From contig DIKT01000029.1 of the NCBI GenBank assembly GCA_002424635.1, positions 6,254 through 70,253 of the forward strand: 64,000 nucleotides of DNA. Direction: 5' to 3'. Positions 20,301 to 27,361 of this stretch are shown in pieces. Within the stretch, counting starts at the first letter, position 1; each line of letters opens with the position of its first letter. Source of the stretch: Desulfobulbaceae bacterium UBA5611 (GTDB taxonomy: Bacteria > Desulfobacterota > Desulfobulbia > Desulfobulbales > Desulfocapsaceae). The notes under the pieces are model-generated. The model searched no databases, had not been told where the DNA came from, and saw nothing but the letters and a program-made list of their open reading frames with translations. Position numbers and translations under genes: made by a program.

Positions 20301-23300
20301 TGGAGAATATACTCCGGTAACAGGCGCGGATAATGGCATCGAGTGTTAACAAGGCCTGGTGAGGCAACAAGGCAGCATCGGCGCAGGCTCTCAGCAGATC
20401 GTGTAACAGTTTCGCCGGGGAAAAATATTTGAGACTCTCGGATGTGGTCGCTATAGTCAAGGGCTGGGTTAAGGGCTGAAAGAACAGTTGCAGGCCCACC
20501 ACCAGCGAGGCTATGGCCCCTGCCCGGGAAGAGAGAAGCCAGGCGGCAAACAAAAGGGCCAGACTGGCGGCCGGCAAAAGACTGCGCCGCAGATTGTCCA
20601 AAATTTTCCAGCGGTTGAGTAGAGAGAGCGGGTTGACCTCAGAGGTGCCGGCTGGTTGGGGGACACGAGGTAACAGCCAGCCGGCAATCTGCCAGTCGCC
20701 GCGAATCCAGCGATGGGCCCGGCTATTATATTTTTGATATTCCAGGGGAAAATCATCGTAGAGTTCAATATCGCTTGCCAGCGCTACCCGGACATAGGAC
20801 CCTTCGAGAAGATCATGGCTCAGCACCCGCTCGGCAGGTAAGCGGCCGGTAAGCAAACGGCTGAAGGCACGGACATCATATATGCCTTTGCCATGATATG
20901 AACCTTCGCCGCTTAAATCCTGATAGACATCAGAGACCAACTGGGTATAGGGATCGACTCCGACCGCATCGCTGAACAGGCGGGAAAAGATCGAGCCGTT
21001 CGTGCTCGGCAGGGTCGGGCTCACCCGTGGCTGGACGATGGTATAGCCGGATATGATTTTACCGGCCTCATCAAAACATGGCTGATTCAGGGGGTGGGCC
21101 AGGGTCTCAACCATCCGGCGGGCGGAAGCGTGTGGTAAGTGGGTATCACTATCGAGCGTGATTAAAAAACGGATATCAGCCAACCGATCCTGATCGCCGA
21201 CATAGACCAGGGAAGGAGCGGTTTCCGGACGGGTGCCGTCGATTAAACGGTTCAATTCCTCCAGCTTGCCCCGTTTGCGTTCCCAACCGATGAACTTTTG
21301 TTCGGAGTCACTCCAGCTGCGTTCCCGATGAAAGAGAAAAAAACGCTCGCCCTCATGCTGATGATTTAATTCTTCAATACAGGTAACGGCCGTCTGCAGC
21401 AGCCAGCTGTCTTCTTCCCGAACAGAGGTGTCGGAATCTGTATAGTCACTGAACAGGCTGAAGAAAAGATTGTCATCCCTGTTGGCCAGGTAGCGGATCT
21501 CCAGCTTCTCAGCCTCCGCCCGAATCGTTTCAGTATTCTCCAGCAGCATCGGCACTACCACCAGGGTGCGGAAGGCATCAGGAATACCTGTATCCTCAAA
21601 ATCCATCTTCGGCAGAGGGATGGGCGGCAGCAGTCGGGTGATCAGATAATTGACCAGCTGAATTGCTAATTGACTGACCGGAATCAGCAGGAAAAAAACC
21701 AGTACAACGAAGACGGCCGGCAGCGATCCGGTCTGGCCTGCAAGCGGTCTCATGCCAAAAATGACCAGGAAAATAAAAAAAGCGGTAAAACCGGCGATGC
21801 CAAGAGTGTAAATGGCGGTATGATTGCGATAGATCCAGGCCAAGGTCCGATGGCGCCTCGACTCCCGGCAGGCGAACTGGCGGGCGAGCTCCGCCCGCCC
21901 GCTGCCAATCAGCCACGTGCCGACATGTCTTAGCTTGTCATCATTTATTGCTTCCTGCTGGGTCGTGGTTGCCAGTTTAACGACGCGTTCGGCCAGATAT
22001 TCCTCAGTCACGTCTGCAAGGCGGGCCAGTTCTTCAATTGCCCGGCGACAACGATCACGGGTTATGAAATCCATTTGCGGATAGATCCCGGCTGGATCAT
22101 GGCGCAGTACCTGCTCCACTCGGCTAAGCTGCTCGAAGATGTCCCGCCAATCCAGCATGGCCAGCTGACGCAGACTGGTGAAGGCATTGCCGCTGGCTAA
22201 CTGTTCTCTGGTCTGCCGGTTCATTTCGTAGCGATGAAGGTCGGGCAACAGTACTTTCAAAGTCCGTTCAAGCCAGTTTTTGATCGGCGCCAAGGCCGCG
22301 GCTTCATCGTAGAGTAAACCTACCAGCTGTGCCCCGAAATAAGGGGTAGGGTGTGGCTCTGCTTTGGCAAGTTCCGACAGGATCGTGAAGAGCTGGTTGG
22401 AATCGCGGCGATTGGCCGCAATTAAGCGATTAGCCCAGAAATCAGCCAACTGATGTTCTCTTAGATCAGCCAACGCGGTAACGGCCAGGCTCTGAATGCT
22501 TTCAATAAGGGCAAAGCGCAGCATCTGGGGAATAGCCCAGAGCTCGCCGATCGTCAGCGGGCGCACTGACTGGTAGGCCTCGATATAGGCCAGGATATTA
22601 TCCCGGTTCAGACACATTTCGGTATGCGACACCAGATCCTTGGCCAGACCGTAGATACAGGGCATCCCCCGATAGGGCTCAGAAGCCAGGATGGGCAGCT
22701 GCTGGTAATAGCGGCGGGGCAGATTCGACAGAACCGCGCGGGCGTTGCCTTCCAGGATATACTCATTATCGAGAATCCAATCGGCAGCCGGTGTCGATTT
22801 CTGTTCCAGGCGGCTGGCTGCCGCCAGCTGGGCACAGATGTGACGAACCCAATCCCGGGATTTTTTAAAACGCTTGAGCAGTTCGGTATTGCGTTGCGGC
22901 CGTAGCTTCTCTACCTTCTGCTCGCGGGCATGACGCTGAGCATGTTCCAGCACCTGGGCCGGTAACAGTTTTACCTCAGGTCGCCGCGCCTCGGCTCGTC
23001 GTTCCTGTCTGGGATGCATGACAAACAGGACCGGTGATATATCGCCGCTTTCCCGCAGCAGAGCCAGCGGACGGGCTAAAGATTCACAGGGTGCCTGGAG
23101 AATAAGAAGGGATTCCCCGCTCATGAGCGAGCGGCTGTAATTATTGATTACTGCAGGTCCAACATGGTATCGGAAATGTCGAAACCAGAACAATGCGGCC
23201 AGAACACTGCTGCTGATACAGCCAATAATTAATATTGGCAGTAGTAGAGCCTGTTGCCACCCCGGCATCACATGCCGCCATTGCAGGAACAAAATGATAC

Positions 23301-23496
23301 TGATAGCCAGCAGAATGGCAAGTAGTGTTACCCAGAGAGCTCGCCGCCAGAGCCAGGGACCCGGACTATGAATGTCGCCGTTGTCATCCTTGTAAACCAG
23401 GACCGTGCGGCTGAAGCCCTGGCGGGCTAAGCCCCGGAGAGCTTTTCGCGCTTCATCTTGTGTTGCAAAGTAAGCAATAAGAACGCCAATATCCAT
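14314..23496 (-). CDS. Giant (3060 aa) cyclic beta-1,2-glucan synthase-like protein (Cgs/NdvB type: membrane GT84-like + central glucoamylase-like region + GH94 phosphorylase-like C-terminus)
   Basis: Single 9.2-kb ORF with multiple TM clusters. GT motifs ITLDSDTHLP and RWIRGDWQ. Central SPTNIGLW/VDSGNLLGALW. C-terminal GTGDWNDGLN and GGQYTHAG, as in GH94 domains. Confidence 0.75.
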   Translation of the reverse strand: MDIGVLIAYFATQDEARKALRGLARQGFSRTVLVYKDDNGDIHSPGPWLWRRALWVTLLAILLAISIILFLQWRHVMPGWQQALLLPILIIGCISSSVLAALFWFRHFRYHVGPAVINNYSRSLMSGESLLILQAPCESLARPLALLRESGDISPVLFVMHPRQERRAEARRPEVKLLPAQVLEHAQRHAREQKVEKLRPQRNTELLKRFKKSRDWVRHICAQLAAASRLEQKSTPAADWILDNEYILEGNARAVLSNLPRRYYQQLPILASEPYRGMPCIYGLAKDLVSHTEMCLNRDNILAYIEAYQSVRPLTIGELWAIPQMLRFALIESIQSLAVTALADLREHQLADFWANRLIAANRRDSNQLFTILSELAKAEPHPTPYFGAQLVGLLYDEAAALAPIKNWLERTLKVLLPDLHRYEMNRQTREQLASGNAFTSLRQLAMLDWRDIFEQLSRVEQVLRHDPAGIYPQMDFITRDRCRRAIEELARLADVTEEYLAERVVKLATTTQQEAINDDKLRHVGTWLIGSGRAELARQFACRESRRHRTLAWIYRNHTAIYTLGIAGFTAFFIFLVIFGMRPLAGQTGSLPAVFVVLVFFLLIPVSQLAIQLVNYLITRLLPPIPLPKMDFEDTGIPDAFRTLVVVPMLLENTETIRAEAEKLEIRYLANRDDNLFFSLFSDYTDSDTSVREEDSWLLQTAVTCIEELNHQHEGERFFLFHRERSWSDSEQKFIGWERKRGKLEELNRLIDGTRPETAPSLVYVGDQDRLADIRFLITLDSDTHLPHASARRMVETLAHPLNQPCFDEAGKIISGYTIVQPRVSPTLPSTNGSIFSRLFSDAVGVDPYTQLVSDVYQDLSGEGSYHGKGIYDVRAFSRLLTGRLPAERVLSHDLLEGSYVRVALASDIELYDDFPLEYQKYNSRAHRWIRGDWQIAGWLLPRVPQPAGTSEVNPLSLLNRWKILDNLRRSLLPAASLALLFAAWLLSSRAGAIASLVVGLQLFFQPLTQPLTIATTSESLKYFSPAKLLHDLLRACADAALLPHQALLTLDAIIRACYRSIFSKHLLLEWTAQTSHWWNVSRRQPLFVASMAIGSIFSLMVGWSIRQIRPDNLPQAAPWLILWLLSPLLVWILNLQPVRQQQTQALPEIDRRFLRQIARRTWRYFSTFVSADTLWLPPDNYQVAHQDRLAMRTSPTNIGLWMTSTLGAHDAGYLTIDQVIALLTSTMDTINRLERYKGHLLNWYDIQTLVPLEPRYVSAVDSGNLLGALWTLEKGLDELMHGPLLDGKAFAGLADTGEILKKHVALEGITILDRRSLDQLLTEWNAAPTTISDLLHLQRRTEVNVKSVIAAAGVIPWAAELKQQAAAWAHNRDSYLSWIEILAEKTEEELAILGPVAQLAIKKDLSCPPSLHDLARNQINSILILTAIREENSLVAPVISAWIDRVRAAFVNAQWLAGETLGQAERLIDRIRELSAALDMRFLYDAKRKLFAIGFNVSTDLLDDSSYDLLASEARFGSFIAIARGDVPIEHWFSMNRPYGALGNRRVLLSWAGTMFEYLMPLLFQRSYDNSLLDKAAREAVTAQIAYGRKRHVPWGISESAFANMDLNKTYQYKAFGVPALGLKRGLEEQLVIAPYATLLALNVAPQETMKNLKLLAGLGMLGDYGYFEAMDFSRQTQRQGKHGVIIKAYMAHHHGMAFLALINFLHDNPFPRRFHSDTRVRAFELLLQERIPILPTLHISSTRQSEPVLHTGELITPTGSTFTTPHTATPKTLLLSNGRYDLMVTNSGGGYSQWTGQELTRWRSDPTCDAMGSFCYLYEAAQNHLWSTTYHPVGGKVTQYAVDFTRDRAVFRRDDNGVHTETEVIVSPEDDVEVRRITLINHSAQVRRLALTTYVELSMAPHNADRQHPAFNKLFIQTEALTEQQALLAFRRPRSDNEPPLFVGHRLILQHTNGDNCPPEEDWQFETDRRRFIGRGRTMANPMGAMQDLGNNQGFVLEPCLSLRHNITLEPGQRLQLSLLLAAGSSREQVMLLMAKYCEPQAVTRAMDFAWGSAQQELQMLHIQPDEARRFQKLASHLLFPNSNFRAPGHRLAENRKGQAGLWPYGISGDLPITLVTIGKTWDISLARQMLQAHTYWRMHGLPTDLVILNEEAGGYERPLMERLERLIQANAVFNRNDQPGGVFLRNAAVIPEEDLKLLKFAASIVLVAARGTLPRQLGIPVEVHALREKVALKRVAGEPSAPLPFMELHYFNSLGGFTPDGREYAIYLGPETNTPAPWVNVIANPSFGTMVSETGTGFTWYGNSQRNRLTGWSNDPVLDPASEALYLRDEESGLFWSPTAAPIREDTAYRARHGAGYSVFEHNSNGIEQELTVFVPVDDDGGQPIKLQQLRLINASSRRRRLSLTYYVELILGENRETSQMHVITSWDDETRTLLAQNLYHSEYPERVAFVALTPSADSYGGDRTAFIGRNRSLANPAAMGLTRLSERTGAGLDPCAALRIYVDLAPGERREIICMLGQAESVDQARQLVLRFQADLAFDETLAQTKSWWDSLLGTVEVHTPDLAADLLINRWLQYQSLSCRLWARSAFYQSGGAFGFRDQLQDVLAFLYSRPQLARDQILLAASRQFQEGDVQHWWHEPTGAGIRSRFSDDLLWLPYVVGHYVRTTGDLQILQTELPFLKAPLLTDEQHEVFSIPEVTLERATLFEHCRRAVSRGLTIGPHGLPLIGTGDWNDGLNLVGAEGKGESVWLGWFLCELLQGMVEMSRLLQQPEMSLSYQEERSALIERIEKAGWDGEWYLRGTFDDGSPLGSAGNTEARIDSLPQSWAWLCGAADPQRAEQGLESAWQHLVCQDERLVLLFTPPFDKSEPSPGYIRSYPPGVRENGGQYTHAGLWMAMAMARKGDGERAVQLLRILNPIENARDATAVWHYGVEPYVVAADVYRLPGRIGQGGWTWYTGSAAWMYRVWVEEVLGLHIDHDRMQIKPVIPAAWEGFSLRYRHEGTLYQIEVENPDHCVCGVAWVEMDGQRLADGFIPLEKGLITHNIIVRMGDRQDVA

Positions 23497-23606
23497 GTTT
23501 CCTTTTCACGCTGGGAGCGGTATCAAAATGGTGAATAATTTCACAGATTACAGCTTGGTTTGCCGGCTTGCTATGGCTGGCTATTAATCAATAGCCAATC
23601 TTTTTC

Positions 23607-25199
23607 TTAAGACTGTGGCTGCTGGTTCACCTCCTGTTCGAAACCGGGGAGGATGGCCTGAAAAAAGGCATTGCGAATCAGATTGACGATAATTTGCAGG
23701 ATGCTGGTATCCGGATCATCCAGTGGCCCCGAGATATCAGTTTGAGTGGCCACTTGCTGGTGAGGGCGATTTGTCAGTAATTCGGTAAAGACTTTCACGG
23801 CCCCCACATAGAGTTTATGAAAGATACCCTTCTCTTCAGGGGTACGCATATCAGTGACTTCCATATTCTGGAAGATGGGCTTGACATAACCCTGCACCTC
23901 ATTGTTGCGAATCGTCATCTCGGAAAAGAATGAAAAATCTCCTTTTTTGATATCAAATTTACCGTAAGCCTGAAAAATATTGCTCATCGCTCGCATATCT
24001 GTATTTTCGATAGCTATTTTCAGGTCCAGATGCGGGCTCCTGCTTTCCGGTCGGAAGGTGCCGGTAATCTCAGTGGCGCCGGAGCCTAAAAAACGTCCAT
24101 GCAGCTGGAATGCCGAGGAACCCTCAGCAAGCTGGTTACTGAAATCCTTAACGGTCGCCTCGATATGATCGGCATATATACGGATCTTCGGATCAGTGGT
24201 CTGATTGAAATAGCCCAGTGTGCCTTTGGTAATTTTCATCAGATCAACCCGGATGATAGCGCCAGGCGCATTACTCATCTCCCTGGCGGCCTTGGTGGCC
24301 TGTTGCACCTGTTGCTGCTGCTTGGCTTCGGTCTCAGGGCGCAGGTCATAATCAGCATCAAGCCCCGTGAGCTCAATGGTCTCTAAGTGGATCTCGCTTT
24401 TTTTCGCTGCCAATTCCATCTTGCCGGTGGCGGACAATGCTCCCTGACGAATGGCCAGGTTCTGGCGCTGCATGATCGGTTTGAAATAACCAAGATCGAT
24501 GTCTTTAAGGTCCGCCTGGCCTTTAAAGCCAAGACGTGGTTTCTGGAGAAAATTGGCATGACCGTCCAGGTGAAGCTGCCCCTGGTCAAAGATGACGGCG
24601 CTGGCTATAACCGGTGAGGGATAGGTCTGATCGGGCGTGAAAATATTGCGGATATTGGTGGCCTCAAGCAATATTGCGCTGGCGTGCAGCGGTGGATTAG
24701 GACCTTCGTCTAGATAAGTCAGCTCACCATTATTAACCTTCAAAACATCGATTTGCAGCGGGTAAACCGCCAGGAGAGCGTCCTGCCACCCTTTCCGGGC
24801 CAAATTGGTGTCACTGGTTACCTCTTTTCTGGCCTGCTGCAGATTGATATAGAGTTTGGGCCGGTCAATTAACAGATCACCGACCAGACTGCCTTTGATA
24901 AGGGCCCGCCAATGAATACTGGCATGCAGACGTTCGATCTTGGCGACCGGCGGCTCCGGAATGTCATTCTGGATGAGGACGAGATTGTCTAAGGTCAAAG
25001 ACATCCCGATCGGATGAAAAAAAGCCTTGCCGACCCTGACCGTATAGTCCGTCAGGCTCTGATTCATCTGCCGTTCGGCATACTGACGTAAGGCCTTGAT
25101 GTTTATTAGATAGGAAAAGACGGTGAGCAGAAAAAAGAACCCGCCAATCACCAGGGTCCATTTCCAGACCCGGCTTTTAGGGAAGCGAACATTGACCAT
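23607..25199 (-). CDS. DUF748/AsmA-like membrane-anchored protein
   Basis: N-terminal TM (WTLVIGGFFFLLTVF), then a long beta-rich repetitive body resembling DUF748 proteins. GGAG RBS. Lies 110 nt upstream of the glucan synthase-like gene. Confidence 0.5.
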   Translation of the reverse strand: MVNVRFPKSRVWKWTLVIGGFFFLLTVFSYLINIKALRQYAERQMNQSLTDYTVRVGKAFFHPIGMSLTLDNLVLIQNDIPEPPVAKIERLHASIHWRALIKGSLVGDLLIDRPKLYINLQQARKEVTSDTNLARKGWQDALLAVYPLQIDVLKVNNGELTYLDEGPNPPLHASAILLEATNIRNIFTPDQTYPSPVIASAVIFDQGQLHLDGHANFLQKPRLGFKGQADLKDIDLGYFKPIMQRQNLAIRQGALSATGKMELAAKKSEIHLETIELTGLDADYDLRPETEAKQQQQVQQATKAAREMSNAPGAIIRVDLMKITKGTLGYFNQTTDPKIRIYADHIEATVKDFSNQLAEGSSAFQLHGRFLGSGATEITGTFRPESRSPHLDLKIAIENTDMRAMSNIFQAYGKFDIKKGDFSFFSEMTIRNNEVQGYVKPIFQNMEVTDMRTPEEKGIFHKLYVGAVKVFTELLTNRPHQQVATQTDISGPLDDPDTSILQIIVNLIRNAFFQAILPGFEQEVNQQPQS

Positions 25200-25241
25200 A
25201 AAGTCTCCGAAAGTATCTTTTTTTGACCGTACGAATTAAAA

Positions 25242-25427
25242 TTAACCGGTAATCACTGACCGGCCGGCCCGGGCCAGCAGATAGGCCGTGGTCATGCCGG
25301 CTATCCCGGCCCCGACAATACAGACATCGGCATGCATATCCTTGCTGAGTGGCGATGCTTCCGGCACTTCAGCTGTGGCCATCCAAATCGATGTGGTTTG
25401 TCCCGCATTGTTATCCATGGCTGTCAT
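25242..25427 (-). pseudogene. 61-codon N-terminal fragment of an FAD-dependent oxidoreductase
   Basis: DVCIVGAGIAGMTTAYLLARAGRSV is a complete dinucleotide-binding GxGxxG motif, but the ORF stops 4 codons later. Confidence 0.55.
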
Positions 25428-25554
25428 CCCTTGTCAATTCTTATTGGATCTTTTTGATGGGAATGCTGCAAGCGGTCTTCAGCAAGAAGAGGCGGCAGAG
25501 AAAAGAACCTCAGCCACCTCTTTGCCCTGCCACTATGTAAGTAAATACAGATAT

Positions 25555-26079
25555 TTATTTCATGTCCGAGCGATCAACATTATACCGCCTGTCGAGATCT
25601 GTCCGGTAGGTCTCATTGTCCAGATCAGGCCAGTTATTGGCATCAAAACCTGGTTCATCTTTTAACTGTTCCTTGGAAACATTAAGAATCAACTCGGTAT
25701 CATCGAAAAACATATCTTTATCTCGTTTGAACTGAAAGGCCGACAATGGCACGGCATGCATCTTGTCACCGACCCCGAGAAAACCGCCATAAGCAACGGC
25801 GACATAGCGGACCTTACCCTTGGAATCAAGCATGATGTCTTTAACTTCGCCGATGTCTTCCCCTTGAGTGTTTTTAACATTCTTGCCAATTAAGTTGGAG
25901 CCCAGAATGGCAAAACCGCCCCTCATGGTGCTGGCACTCTTAGTCATATCGCCACTTTGCATTGTGGTAGTGGTTTGGGTGCTTCTGGTATCGTCTGCTG
26001 CAAAACCGGGCGCAGTGGCAAACAGAGCGGTAACAACAAAAACGCTGAGTCCGTAATACATCCTGGAATATTTTTTCAT
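25555..26079 (-). CDS. Secreted PRC-barrel domain protein
   Basis: Start MKKYSRMYYGLSVFVVTALFATAPGFA (signal peptide) behind an AGGAGG RBS. PRC-barrel core LIGKNVKNTQGEDIGEVKDIMLD..VRYVAVAYGGFLGVG. Confidence 0.75.
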   Translation of the reverse strand: MKKYSRMYYGLSVFVVTALFATAPGFAADDTRSTQTTTTMQSGDMTKSASTMRGGFAILGSNLIGKNVKNTQGEDIGEVKDIMLDSKGKVRYVAVAYGGFLGVGDKMHAVPLSAFQFKRDKDMFFDDTELILNVSKEQLKDEPGFDANNWPDLDNETYRTDLDRRYNVDRSDMK

Positions 26080-26241
26080 AACTATCCTCCTGGGTATGTT
26101 AAATATGAAAGTATGTATCGCCATTACTGACATCGGGACAGGGCATAGTTCTTACCTCGCCAGTATAAACTGAGCAGGCAGACAAGTGACAGTCAGATTA
26201 ATTAATGCCTTACAGAAAGGCACTTATCCCGTTCATCGGGG

Positions 26242-26442
26242 TTATTGATATCTGTTTTCAAAATCAGAAACCTGTCTTTCGGCCTCCTCTTTTTCAATAC
26301 CATAACGTTCCTGTATCTTACCGATCAGCTCTTCGCGCTTGCCGTCGATGACATCGAGGTCATCATCTGTGAGCTTGCCCCATTGTTGTTGGGCTTGTCC
26401 TTTGGCTTGTTTCCACATCCCTTTGATTTGATCCCAATTCAT
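26242..26442 (-). CDS. csbD: CsbD-family general stress protein
   Basis: MNWDQIKGMWKQAKGQAQQQWGKLTDDDLDVIDGKREELIGKIQERYG is canonical CsbD. AGGAG RBS. Confidence 0.85.
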   Translation of the reverse strand: MNWDQIKGMWKQAKGQAQQQWGKLTDDDLDVIDGKREELIGKIQERYGIEKEEAERQVSDFENRYQ

Positions 26443-26605
26443 GATATTGCTCCTTGTTATTGTTGAGCTTCGATAATCCACTCCATGTGGATATCAGAAA
26501 AAAACCGTCAGCAGGGCCAATAGCATTTACATAAGTAAGGAAAGATGACGGCTGACCTGCTTTAGGCGCGAGCAACTCTTGCAAACGCACTTCACTAAGA
26601 AATAA

Positions 26606-26621
26606 TGCAAGCCTTGTGCCG
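26606..26621 (-). promoter_or_regulatory. Candidate sigma54 promoter upstream of csbD
   Basis: Minus strand reads CGGCACAAGGCTTGCA. GG and TTGC have the exact -24/-12 spacing. About 165 nt upstream of the csbD ATG. Confidence 0.5.
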
Positions 26622-26719
26622 AGTTTTTATCTGTCATAATACCCACCCCATCTTCCTGAATTGTGATAATTTCTTAAAGTCATTACCAGGCGGGCGGTTA
26701 GCAAGAGCTGGATGTTAAA

Positions 26720-26750
26720 GGTTATATATAACCAGTGGCCATATATGACC
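26720..26750. promoter_or_regulatory. Two adjacent 14-bp palindromes (candidate activator sites)
   Basis: GGTTATATATAACC (perfect, 26720-26733) and GGCCATATATGACC (26737-26750). They lie 100-130 bp upstream of the -24 element. Confidence 0.4.
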
Positions 26751-26769
26751 CTGCTGTGCTCTGTCGTCA

Positions 26770-27354
26770 TCAAGTATTGAAGTATTCTATCAACACGAGC
26801 AGGGCCAGAAGTGCCAAGGCAAAACCACAGACAAACCAGCCACGTGATAAGGGTAGCAGATCCGAAAGCTGCATCTTACCGATATCGCCCCAGGTATCGA
26901 TCGTGCGCTTGGTCCAGCCCGAGAGCTCTGCAAAAATCCACGAGCCGGCGATAAGCCCGGCCATACCGAACAGCGCATCCCAGTTTCCCTGGCCGAGGGC
27001 GGTTGTGGCTGTGCCCGGGCAGTAGCCCAGCAGGGCAAAACCGGCGCCGAACAGCAAACCGCCGATAATGTTAGAACCGATACGCGTTGGTGTAAGGTGC
27101 AGGTTCACTTTGGCAAAACGGTGCAGAGTAAATATGCCGCTCATGCCCACTATTATGGCTGTGAGCATGATCTTTACCACGGTCCAATCCTGGAACAATA
27201 GTTGGCCAATCAGGATATGATATTTGCCGACCCCGCCTTTTTGTAACAGAAAGCCAAAGATCAAACCAAATATCAGACCGGAAAGCAGTGGGGCTGCCTT
27301 GGGCGAACTGGACGCCAGCGGTGATGGTGAAACGGTGCTGTCGGCTTTAGTCAT
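26770..27354 (-). CDS. YeeE/YedE-family sulfur-compound transporter half (DUF6691-like)
   Basis: Polytopic membrane protein with the LLGYCPG conserved-Cys motif. Lies immediately downstream of a gene that ends in the complementary YeeE half. Confidence 0.7.
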   Translation of the reverse strand: MTKADSTVSPSPLASSSPKAAPLLSGLIFGLIFGFLLQKGGVGKYHILIGQLLFQDWTVVKIMLTAIIVGMSGIFTLHRFAKVNLHLTPTRIGSNIIGGLLFGAGFALLGYCPGTATTALGQGNWDALFGMAGLIAGSWIFAELSGWTKRTIDTWGDIGKMQLSDLLPLSRGWFVCGFALALLALLVLIEYFNT

Positions 27355-27361
27355 AATTTTC

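Noticed and set aside
14326-23371. Many 60-230-aa plus-strand ORFs (e.g. 19129..19827, 14326..14754) inside the giant minus-strand gene.
   Set aside because: All are antisense to a continuous 9.2-kb ORF with clear domain signatures. Their translations are low-complexity (R/G/P/A-rich) and lack an RBS. They are shadow ORFs.
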